A stretch of 49,705 nt of DNA, filler included, from Streblomastix strix (lineage: Eukaryota): NCBI GenBank assembly GCA_008636045.1. It is 3 parts of 3 records of this genome, joined end to end, with 100 filler letters (N's around TTAATTAATTAA, not from the genome) between each part and the next. Parts side by side here need not be neighbours in the genome. Positions count along the whole stretch, not along the records: positions 1 to 16,509 come from SNRW01000799.1; positions 16,610 to 33,113 come from SNRW01000800.1; 1 more part is not named here. One strand, given 5' to 3'. The notes beneath the pieces were generated by a model, which ran no database searches, was not told the origin of the DNA, and saw only the letters and a program-made list of their open reading frames with translations. Both the position numbers and the translations under genes were made by a program. This document shows, piece after piece, positions 14,923 to 25,471 of the stretch; position 1 is the first letter of the stretch, and every line of letters starts with the position of its first letter.

Positions 14923-15838
14923 AGAAAATATAGTAATATGTTATGTATCTATTGCCAATCTAATAAAAAAATATTGGAATTAATCAAATTTTATATTTAA
15001 AAGTAGAGTATTTAACGAGGAAAATAAATAATTATTTTGTTGTTGTTTTCCAGCTAATTTAATTAATTAATTTAAATGTTTGTAAAGTTGTGGAAATTAT
15101 AAATTATTTTAAATAATAATTTATCGGTAAAAATAAATTTAATTTATTAAATATGAAGTTATATGATGAAGAGCATCTCAAATAAAAAAAAATTACGTAC
15201 AACTATTGAAATTCAAATTAATTATTTAGTATTAGCGAATATGTAATTTGTATATGTAAATTTATTGAAAATTTATTAATTTATTATAAGATCAAAGATT
15301 AATTCAAATTATTATTATAATTTTCAGAAATTGTTAAAATTATTATCAATTTTATCCAATTAAGTTTATTAGTATCATTTTCAATTTGAATTTTATTAAA
15401 TTTTACTATTTTAATATTTAATTAGAAATTAATATAAAAAAATTAAAAAGAAATAATTTATAAAGAAAATTTTGCCTTATTGATGTTATTCAATATCTGA
15501 CCTAAGATTTGTTCAGCTTTTTATTCATTCGTTTTGATTATTTGGAATCAATCTGCGATTTTGGATTAATTATTGATTATTCATAAATTTACGGTTTCAA
15601 TTTGAATTAAAATTATTGTTAAGGAGGAAAAATTTATGATTATTAATTATTTATTGATTTAGTAAACTTTATTTATGAAATAATTATTAAAGATTAAATT
15701 TAACAAATAGAAGATTTTATACCAACAAGAGGATTTTGTATTGTATTACGTTGTTATGATATGGTTTGTTTAAAATGAAAATAAGTTTATGATTTTTGTT
15801 GCAATGTTGATGATTAATTTGGTTATATATTAGTAGTA

Positions 15839-15971
15839 TAGTATGACGAAGTTGGAGGGAAGTTCAAAATCATTCATTTTCAAATCAATCTACCTTCGCT
15901 AAATGCAAAGTTGTAGCCCTTAATTTTGAAAATACGTGATTCTGAACTATCCCCCCAGATTCGTCATACTA
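15839..15971. repeat. ~133-bp imperfect palindrome (MITE-like or hairpin)
   Basis: Left arm TAGTATGACGAAGTTGGAGGGAAGTTCAAAATCA (15839-15872) matches the reverse complement of 15937-15971 (TAGTATGACGAATCTGGGGGGATAGTTCAGAATCA). Pairing continues inward (ATTTTCAAA/TTTGAAAAT, CTAC/GTAG). Confidence 0.8.
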
Positions 15972-16509
15972 AATATCGATTAGACCAATCATAAAGCATT
16001 ATTCCTTCACGCCGACAAAAGTTATTAATAAATATCATTAATATGAACTATTTAAAACAATTTGCATACATTAATCCACATGATTATCGAATATTCATTC
16101 GTTTATTCATTAATCCACAACAATAATGCGTATCATTGGTAAATATCACTAATCCACAGCGCTAATCCACATAATTAAGCTTAGTGTGCGGCTGTGGGGG
16201 AATATTCATATTCGTTTACAGATAAAACAAATGGTTATGATAAATGGTGTAAAGTAATTATACCGTTAATCCTTATGATTTTTTGGTGTTACTAATATAT
16301 TATTAAAAATAAATTAATGAGGGGTATCTCACTAATTAACGTTTAGTTAATTTGTAATTTTTAAATATGTTTCAATTATACATATTATGCTACGTACATT
16401 ATCTAACATAGAATATATATTTTATTACTATTTTTTCTTGTCATCCATATATTTGATCTCATTATTAAGTTGTTAATATTATTATTGTAATTTTGGCTCT
16501 AGTTGTTTA

Positions 16510-16609
16510 NNNNNNNNNNNNNNNNNNNNNNNNNNNNNNNNNNNNNNNNNNNNTTAATTAATTAANNNNNNNNNNNNNNNNNNNNNNNNNNNNNNNNNNN
16601 NNNNNNNNN
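16510..16609. other. Assembly gap (N run with a TTAATTAATTAA spacer)
   Basis: 100-nt block of Ns with a central TTAATTAATTAA, identical in design to 33114-33213. Confidence 0.97.
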
Positions 16610-16610
16610 T

Positions 16611-19600
16611 TGGACTGATTACTAAAGATAATAAGCCGAAGAAGCAAAACGAATAATGAATGAAGAACATGATTTGATGCTATTATAAGAGTCAAAGAAA
16701 TTTACAAAACCAGAGAATTTTAAAGAAATATAAGAGTATTTTATTCTTCCATTATATTTTACAAGCTAATAATAGAACAAAGAAATATATTAAAAAATTA
16801 GAAAAAATGCAGATGAAAACATAATATAAATTGAAAATGAGACAGAAACATTGTTATTATTTCCACCAATTGACAACGAAAAATTTGCATCAGAGGTTAG
16901 ATGTGCAAGGTTAGGGTTTTAACGTGAAAGAGAAACCACATCAGACGATGGCATAAGTCCAATATATTATGAAAATTACATAGATTCTTGGGAAAAAATA
17001 GATGAATTTGTTGATTCAATTTATAACAAATAATATCATAGAGCATTTAATATACTATTCAATTTTGGTATTTTAGTGGAAGAATTAGATCATGATAAAA
17101 ATGGTAATGAAATCGTAAGTTATAAACATTTATTGCCACGAGAAGCAAGAACCTAAACACATGCACCAAAGAATATATATTAACACATGACGACATAGAT
17201 GAATACAAACAATATATAAAGGCTGAGATTATTGACATATAAAATTACTATCTGGATAGTAGAAAAGAACGTCATATATCAATTTATTAGATGATGATTA
17301 AAATATATAAATTGTAAAAGGTAGTGTTTGGGTCAAGTATCAAAGAATTGATTTAAAAACACTGGGATGGACACAAGAAAGTTTTATAAAAAAATGATGG
17401 AGAAAATAATATGTGTAATATGGAAGCACTAGCCAGAGCATTAAATCATGATAGCATTAATAAGCGGATTAAATCAAATTCGATTATAATCATTAGCCGT
17501 TAGTATCTTGTTAAGGTTTTAGATCTACCATTCGATGCAAAAAGTAGATAAATGACTGAATTTTTAAAAACATTTGAAGGTTAAGACTTTATGAAATACT
17601 CCTAAATTATAACGCAAAAGTTTATGATTAATTAGAATATATACTTTTATGACGATGAGCACAAAGTTTATTATTTGGTTGATATAATTAAATATGTTGA
17701 TGAGGAACAGGACGAACAAGACGAGACGAATGGTTAAGACGACGAAGGAGTCGCCATCATTAATGTTTATGATTACTCAAGGCGGTTTGCTACGCAACCC
17801 ATATCCGTTGATATGCTAATCGTTCAGGAAGAAATTGACGGAAAATTAGCGCAACACGCATTTGCTATAGCTAATAAGGAAACGCTGACCGGATTAAAAT
17901 TTCTTCCATTTTGCAAGTCAAAAGGGTTTGATACTAAAAGCCCACACTTCCTAAGAGACTATGAAAAACATACTAAATAGTGCGAATAAAATGGTGGTAA
18001 AATAGTTAAAACTGTTTAATTGGATTAGATATAAAAACCGTTTTGCCCACATATCACATAAAACAAAACTTATTAATATCTTTAGGCACATAGAAGATAA
18101 AGAGAATTCAAGCCTAAATAATACTATATAACAAATGACTTGGAAACAGTGGAAAAAATTGTTAATATATAATTTGGAAAGTCAGGCAAATAGATATCCG
18201 AACTAGTGCCTTTATGTGTTGCTTCTACTATTAAAAATAAATAAGGTATTCACACTATATATTCTGATTTGCGAAATGGAGATGATTTTATAACATAATG
18301 GTTAAAGGAGGTGTTCAATGAGGCAGTAATCATATAGTAAGATAATCAATATTTCACAAAGGCTATGCCTAAAATGATGGAAAAAAACATACAATATAAC
18401 GTAGAGGTACCAGTAATTGGATTCAATAGTTCAAAGTTTAATTTTTCGCTAATATTCAGGAATTTATAATGTGCTGAATGGGAAATAAAAAGTTATATTG
18501 GTAGTTCAGGAGTAGCCAAGCAAATAGTTGTTTTACATAAGCACTTGGATGTCATACTTAAATTTATTGATGTGCTGACTTATTACGTACCAATTACTTT
18601 AAAAGAATTTGCACAAACTTTTAATTCTGAAATGAATGGTTAAAAAGGCGTATTTCCTTATGAATTTATAAACACTGATAACTATAAAAGAAATTTTAAA
18701 CTAATCAGAACCATTTCCAATTGAATCATTCAATTCAATACTGAAAAATACATCAATGAAATAAGAAGAATATGACTAATATGTTTAAGATGCAAAGTTA
18801 TTCAAAAACAGATGGGATTACCCTTAATATTATAACGAACAAGATACTAAAATAATGATAGAACCGATTGATGCTTTGATTCAAATGTATATGAAGTTTG
18901 ACATCGATATGTTTAGTTTTATGTCAATGGCAGCGTGATCAAATGCAACTAAATATGCACTAGCTTATAAAGAGTTTAATGTAAATGGTTTTTACCCTAA
19001 ACAAATTGATAAATCACCTAAATTTGTTTTATAATAAAAATATTGGAATAGAAAAGCATATTATTATAAAATGTAGGATTTGCAACAAAAAAAGTAATAC
19101 AACCAATAACGTTTATGAGTCAGATTTCGAATATTTCAAACATCTATTTCAAGACAATAAATGTGCGATTTGTGGCGATGAATTCACACTAAATAATATG
19201 CCAACATTGGATAGAATTGATAATAAAAAGGGTCATTCAAAGGATAATGTTTAACCGTGTTGTTTGTCTTGTAATACCTTTTGCTCTAATAAAGACAAAA
19301 ACATTCAAAAACTATTCATATAACTAAAGAGATTTTGCAGCTTCAACCACTTACCAACTAATTTAACAGACATAGAAATTTATAAACTAATCAGGTAAGG
19401 CATAACTGGTGGCTTGTCTAACGTGAAGCATCGGGTGAATATTGCAGGGAAAGATTTTATAAAGAAATTTTGGTATAATAAAGAGATAAAAACAGTAACC
19501 GTTTTAACATCTAACTATAGAATAACACATATAATAGGTATAGATTTCAACTTTTTATATCCAAGTGTCATGTCATCGGAACCTCACAAATTTAAAAAAT

Positions 19601-20904
19601 ATACCGGTGGCAAAATGTATATGCCTGGGTCTGTTATTGGTAAAATATTGAATAATTCCGAAGAAAATAAGCAAAAAATAATTAAAATAATTAATAACTA
19701 AAATAGATTTAATAGATGGGGGCAATTATTTATAGCAGAAATAAAGGGACATATTGATGAGAATTATTTGAATGATTTTATTAATTTCCCACCAATTTTA
19801 AGGAATTATGAGTTTATTACTAATGAAGAAACAATGGGCAAATACATGTAGGAGCATATGAAAAATAGTGGAATAAAAACTGATTAAAAATAGCGGAAAC
19901 TAACAAATTTGTTATCAACGACGGATGGCTACATGTCATTTTCAAGTTATTATTTATGGTTTTTGATTGATGACTGCCATTTTATAATTGATGATGTTAA
20001 GTAGTTGGTTTCGTTTGATAAGCATGATAAGTTCAATGGGTTTGTGAAAGAATTTACAAACCAAAGAATTTAGGCAAAAATTGAAAGACAAAAAGGACTA
20101 GAACAATTTTGTAAAATCAATATGAATAGCTCGTATGGAAGTGTTGGCATGAATACTGAGAAATGTACAAAGATAAAAATAATGGGTTAAATGCAAGCAT
20201 TACAAGCCCATTTATCTAACACTTTTATGGATGATTAGAAACTAGCCGATGATGTTAATGCTGTACAAATGAATCCAGAAACTTGCGCATGTAAAACTTC
20301 TTTACAAGTTGCTTATTTTGTACTAGACAATGCCAAGTATTGGTACCTAAATTTCATTTACAATTTCATGTATAAGTGTTTGGATATGGACAAGTTGCAT
20401 TTTGTAGAAGGAGATACTGATTCAGCATATTGGGCGGTCAGCGGTGATGAAGATGCCGGAATTAAACAATAATTTAAACATGTTATAAAAAATTAATAGT
20501 TTTATGACGAAAATGCCAAGTATTTTTTCCCGACGGTTGAAGGTGATTTGTTGGATGAGAAGAAAATTTTAGGGCTATCTGTAGAACGATAAGGTCCAGA
20601 AATCATAGCATTACCACCTAAAAACTATTATATGAAGGTAGATGATAAGGAAAAAATAAAATTAAAAGGTGTTAATCAAAATAATAATAAAATTGCTAAA
20701 GACTAAATAATGGATAATATAACCAATGGAACAATTACAAAATGCACAAATATGAGGCTTGGTTAAAAGAATTACCAAATGAGCAATTTAGCTACAGTAA
20801 AAAATGGTATTACGGGAATACACACAAAAATGGTGGTACTAAGTGATTAATCATGTTGTCCTTACGTATTTGGTTTGAAAGCAAGTGATTATATGGTCTA
20901 ATGA
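16611..20904 (+). pseudogene. Protein-primed family B DNA polymerase (pPolB), >1400 codons, 5' end in the gap; disrupted
   Basis: ExoI YITNDLET, ExoII IGFNSSKFN, KGVFPYEF and ExoIII YNEQD. Inserted Zn/endonuclease VII-like motif CAICG..TLDRIDNKKGHSKDNVQPCCLSCN. Pol A GIDFNFLYPS, pol B KINMNSSYG, pol C EGDTDS. Stop TGA at 20902-20904. Frameshifts at ~17180, ~18688 and ~19090; in-frame TGA at 18936-18938. Confidence 0.92.
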
Positions 20905-21069
20905 GCCAAAAATAAAAATCAAACCTTTTATTTATATGGCTAATTTAATAGTTTAAGGTATAAAATAAATCTCCAGTGAGTTGCCAGTTCCAAGTCTTTA
21001 CTAATAATTGCATCATTCAAAAATTATTCTATTTATTATACGGTTAACTATGACCAATGAATTTACAGT

Positions 21070-21288
21070 TCATTCTTTCTCATTTTTCTTTTACAAAAAA
21101 AATTATATAACATAAACCGTAATATTTAGTGGTACCAATACTATATCAAAATAGCCCCATAATTTTTTAATTAAATTAACGGCATCGGTTAATTGTTCAG
21201 GAATAGATACAGACAAAACAGATATAATAAAATTAACGCCATAAAATATGTAATTCATTAGACTCATAAACAAATTCAATAAGTTCAT
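21070..21288 (-). CDS. Small hydrophobic (possibly membrane) viral protein, ~72 aa
   Basis: Track ORF MNLLNLFMSLMNYIFYGVNFIISVLSV... extends through TAA=Gln to TGA at 21070. It is preceded by the element's TTTTTAAAAATAATAAAATG motif. Confidence 0.5.
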
Positions 21289-21306
21289 TTTATTATTTTT
21301 AAAAAC

Positions 21307-22323
21307 ATGACACTACATGAGATACAAAACATAACATTTTCAAACTAGGATTTACTAAACGAATATAAAACACGACCACTAACCAAAAACTCCTTATTCC
21401 TCGTTAATGGAAACCATTATATTGTTGGGGCTGTTGGTAGTGGTAAAACAACATTAATGTCCAAGCTAATTGTAATATACTAAAAAGTAATCAATCCTTA
21501 CATATTATACTTTTCAAATTTTGGTGCTGATGAGACAATGGCATTAAATCTTAACAGTAAAAACATATCATTAACCAATATTACATATGCGGAAGCAATG
21601 TTGTTTTTACCAGAATTTGATGAAATAAAATATTCAACAAAAGAAGTATATACTTGGTATAAATTGCATGAGTAAGGTTTCAAATATACTAGTGATTTTA
21701 TAAAAAGAGTCGAAGAAAAAATAATATAATAAAATGAAGCTAAAGACAACGAAAAACCAGATATATATTTAAAACGAATAGCTGATTTATTCAAGTAGTA
21801 TTTTATAGAAACCATTAATAAATATAGCTAGCCATTTAAAATATTACGTTTTGATATTCCAGCACTTATATAAAATATTAGCTATGAAAAGAAAATGAAA
21901 GTAATAGATGATAAACAAACAGCTGATATAAAAATATTGAAAATACCAGTACTTTTTAAGGCATAACTGTTAAATACACTAATGCTTTTTGATGAAATTG
22001 GAAGTAATACCGATATCCAACGTTTTAATTCTTCACTTGCTAAATCAATTGCCCATTTGGTTAGTGATTCAAGACATTCAAAAAATACGATATTTTTTAT
22101 AGCTTAACGTCCAATTTATTTGTTTAAGACTGCAAGGATATTATCCCATGTAATAGCTATAGTAGTTAATCTTGGAGAAAGTGATTTAAAACAAGTATAT
22201 AAAGAAAATACGATATAAAACCTTGACTTTGAAGAGGTTTTACTGTTGTATTCCACGTTATAAAAATATGAATTTATTATTTTAAACATGCTTTTCAGTA
22301 AGTATGAAATATTAAGAAATTGA
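21307..22323 (+). CDS. A32/FtsK-HerA-family genome-packaging ATPase (338 aa, intact)
   Basis: Walker A YIVGAVGSGKTT (~21418-21453), Walker B TLMLFDE (~21977-21997), and the A32-type motif DSRHSKNTIFFIAQRP. Open to TGA 22321-22323 with TAA/TAG = Gln. Absent from the supplied track. Confidence 0.9.
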
Positions 22324-22342
22324 TTATTTTGTAGGTAAATAA

Positions 22343-22690
22343 ATGTCTCCGAAATCACCATGTGATCCTTCGTCAATTCCTGAAGGAATGGTTTAATTGT
22401 GTGAATTAGCCACAAACATTGGCCTATAATATAATGCTATGGACTATGAAATTTTCAAAATATTTGAAGCGCTAATAGAAAATAATGATATGAACGTGCA
22501 AGAAAAATAAATGTATCAATAATATAAAAGCCAGTCTGCGATGCAGGCTTTCCGTAGGAAGTCCGTATGCGGATATTCCCAAGGGAATTATTCATTTCTC
22601 GATTCTTTGCAGGATAAAACAGTATAAATAATAGAATATATTTAATACCTCAATTTATTGATGCGGTTAAATTCATCTGATAATAATTGA
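22343..22690 (+). CDS. Hypothetical viral protein (115 aa)
   Basis: MSPKSPCDPSSIPEGMVQLCELATNIG... starts 19 nt after the ATPase stop and is open to TGA at 22688. Confidence 0.55.
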
Positions 22691-23105
22691 CCAAACCACT
22701 ATTTTATGTATCATTAACAAAGTCATTATATATTTATTTTTCCTGCTCATTAGCTTCAGATATAATGTACTTTTTTATTTATTATGGTTTGTTATTTTAA
22801 TCTAGTTGTTTTTTAATAAAATTATATTTATTTTTATAATATTTTTCTTACTCGTTGAACAGTTTATTTTTATAATCTTCCGCATCAACATACTGCTTTA
22901 TTTGTTGCAATTTGTTTTACTAATTCATGAACTACTTATTTATTCTTGTTAATTCTTAGAGTAATGGGTGCAGTATTATTTCTTTATCTTTTATTAACAA
23001 TTTTTGCAGTGCGTCAATTGTTGCCTTTATTGAATCATCACTTTCAAAATTTTATTTAATTACTTCATTAAACAATTATTTTATAGGGTCTTTGCATGAT
23101 GTCAT
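22650..23105 (-). CDS. Hypothetical viral coiled-coil protein (151 aa)
   Basis: MTSCKDPIKQLFNEVIKQNFESDDSIKATIDALQK... open to TGA at 22650. Upstream motif TTTATTTTTAAATAAATG. Confidence 0.65.
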
Positions 23106-23180
23106 TTATTTAAAAATAAATAACAATTTTTAGTAAAGTAGTCCAATAATTAATGAGTGCATTAGCATGAATGAAATGAA

Positions 23181-25190
23181 TCATGGAGGCACCGACCCCA
23201 AAGTAATAGGTTTAGCACGCCAATATACTTTTGCCCCATCGCTATAAATCCCCCTTCTGTGCCTACACTATTTACACCCCATAAAATCGGATTCCCTGCT
23301 GAATAATTAACTGACCCATTTGTTGCTCCATTAGTTGCCCCATTAGTTGCTCCTGTGCCAGCTATAACTGACCCATTAAATGTTAAAGTATTTCCATCGG
23401 CACTTATACGTAATCCTCTATTTACGTTATTATAATCAGATGATAACGATATCGCAAGACCAAATGGGAAAATATTAGATGATGCAGGTGAATAAATTTA
23501 CGATTAATGATCTACCATTCCTGTTGTCTATGTCTTATCACATCCAAATATGACAGAACAACCCACATTACTATCCTCACATCTTGCTATTCTTAATCCA
23601 TCCGCAAATGATACAGAATTAGGATTAATTTGTACAATACCATTTTATGTGAATGGGGCATTATTTATTGTTTCAGTATTATATTATAAATTTGGCATTA
23701 AATCTTCTTTTGTTGTAAAATCACTTGGTAAAGTATCCTCAAGTTAATTAGTAAGCATGTTAGATACTACAGGAGACCCATTTTTTGTATAGCTTAATAA
23801 ATCAATTCTTCCCTCACTACCTTAATAATTTCCAACAGTCATCCATAAATCTCCATATTTACTTAAACCTGTCCCATAATATAACATAGTTGGTAGTCTA
23901 AATGATGTATTAGCTGTTTATTATAAATAGTGATAAATTATTGCTTTTAGTCCTGTAGTATCATAAGTAACATGCAACTTTAGATCATTAAAATTACTTC
24001 TAGAATAAAATTTAAATTCTACATTAGAATCTCCAAAACTAGTATATGCTTCAAATCTATATAATTTTATATATTTTGCTGTTGCCCCAACATCTTATGA
24101 AAAACTTTAAGATTTAATAATGTTTTTGTTTGTTGTATCACCATTAGCGCAAAGTATTTCCGTAGCCAATCCTCCAGTCTTAATAAATTTTGAATCTCTA
24201 ATGTTTCCATCATTTGTTAATTACTATGGATGGACATGGTCATTTCTACTATAAAAATCACTTTTACCATTAGTCGCAGCAGTAGCATTTACTAACGGAA
24301 CATTTGCAGTTGTTGGATCAACATTTAGTGGGTGCTAATGTGTGGCACTAGCATATATATTAGCCGTGCCTGCTGTTCCTGTTCCTGTATCTTTTAGTGG
24401 CACATCATTACTTAGATTTACATGATACGTATGGTCAGACCTGGCATAAGTAGTAGCAACTCCTGCCTCACCATTTGCAGTATCTTTTGTAGGTAAAATA
24501 GTTGATACTTATAAAGGATGTTAATGGTCTCCTCTTGCATATTCATTACTTGTTCCAGCACTTCCATTTACGATAGAGTTTGATGGAATCGAATCACTGG
24601 CAGGGGTTACCTAATCAGGGACCACATCGCCACTATTATACCAATCAGCCGCAGGCGGGTTCCTTGTCATCTCATACATCCATACTGTTCCACTTTCTGC
24701 ACTAAATGCAAAATCACCACTAGCCGAATTAGGCAAATTTTATATGGTACTATTTAATATATAATATCCACGGAAATGTATTTATCTCGCAAGTTCTTAC
24801 TAAATAGTTAACATATCATTTTTTTAATCCATCAATATCTTACTCTACCCCTCCAATTGATGACTACAACTAGTTTACTTCATTAATTAACTGGTTAATT
24901 TATGCAACAAAATCAAAGTTTATTACTTTTAAATTCTTTATTGTCAGCAGTCCATTTGGTGCAATTTTGAGTGCATAATCAGCAGCATAACCATCAACTA
25001 TTTAATTATTAGCTGCATATACTAGTGCATTGTCACTATCTATAAATAGTTAATATTCATCATTTTGCAAAATTCCACAGCTAGAGCTACCCCTTTTCTA
25101 ATACTATATATAATATGCTATATCATTAGTGATAAGCTGGCGAACTGTTCGGATTTGTTGCTGTGTTAATGGATTATTTAAGGTAATCAT
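23181..25190 (-). pseudogene. Fibre/spike-like structural protein (~670 aa) with four His-containing repeats; two single-base frameshifts
   Basis: MITLNNPLTQQQIRTVRQ, coiled coil, then repeats YARGDHQHP / YARSDHTYH / YASATHQHP / YSRNDHVHP, KFIKTGGLATEILCANGDT, and a G/N/T-rich C-terminus RGLRISADGNTLTFNG...YWRAKPITLGSVPP-TGA. Frameshifts in the T7 run 24819-24825 and at ~23247. Confidence 0.7.
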
Positions 25191-25240
25191 TTTAATTTTA
25201 TAAAAATAAAAAGTTTAAATGTTATTAATGGATATGGTTA

Positions 25241-25447
25241 TCAACGTTTATTTACGAGTCGATCCTCAGCTCCTGTAAGATTAGCCCCAGCACCTAATGC
25301 CCCATCAATTCCTGGGTGTATCATTCCTACAGGGCCTGATATTGTTGATAGTACTTTATGAAGAGTTGGTGCTACCCATTAAGTAGCATGTTTAATACCT
25401 CCCAAAATTTTACTTCCAATGTTTGCTATACCACTGAAAAATCCCAT
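25241..25447 (-). CDS. 68-aa Gly-rich amphipathic peptide with Met-Gly start (candidate membrane-penetration virion protein)
   Basis: MGFFSGIANIGSKILGGIKHATQWVAPTLHKVLSTISGPVGMIHPGIDGALGAGANLTGAEDRLVNKR-TGA; intact and head-to-head with the capsid-sized ORF. Confidence 0.7.
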
Positions 25448-25471
25448 TTATTTATTTTTAAAAATATTAAA

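Noticed and set aside
16554..16565. TTAATTAATTAA palindrome inside N runs (also 33158-33169)
   Set aside because: Identical spacer centred in two 100-nt N blocks: a scaffolding artefact, not biology.
21498..22415. Minus-strand track ORFs 21498..21815 and 22116..22415 (likewise plus-strand 23550, 27508, 29487, 29692)
   Set aside because: They lie antisense to better-supported viral ORFs read in the TAR=Gln code.
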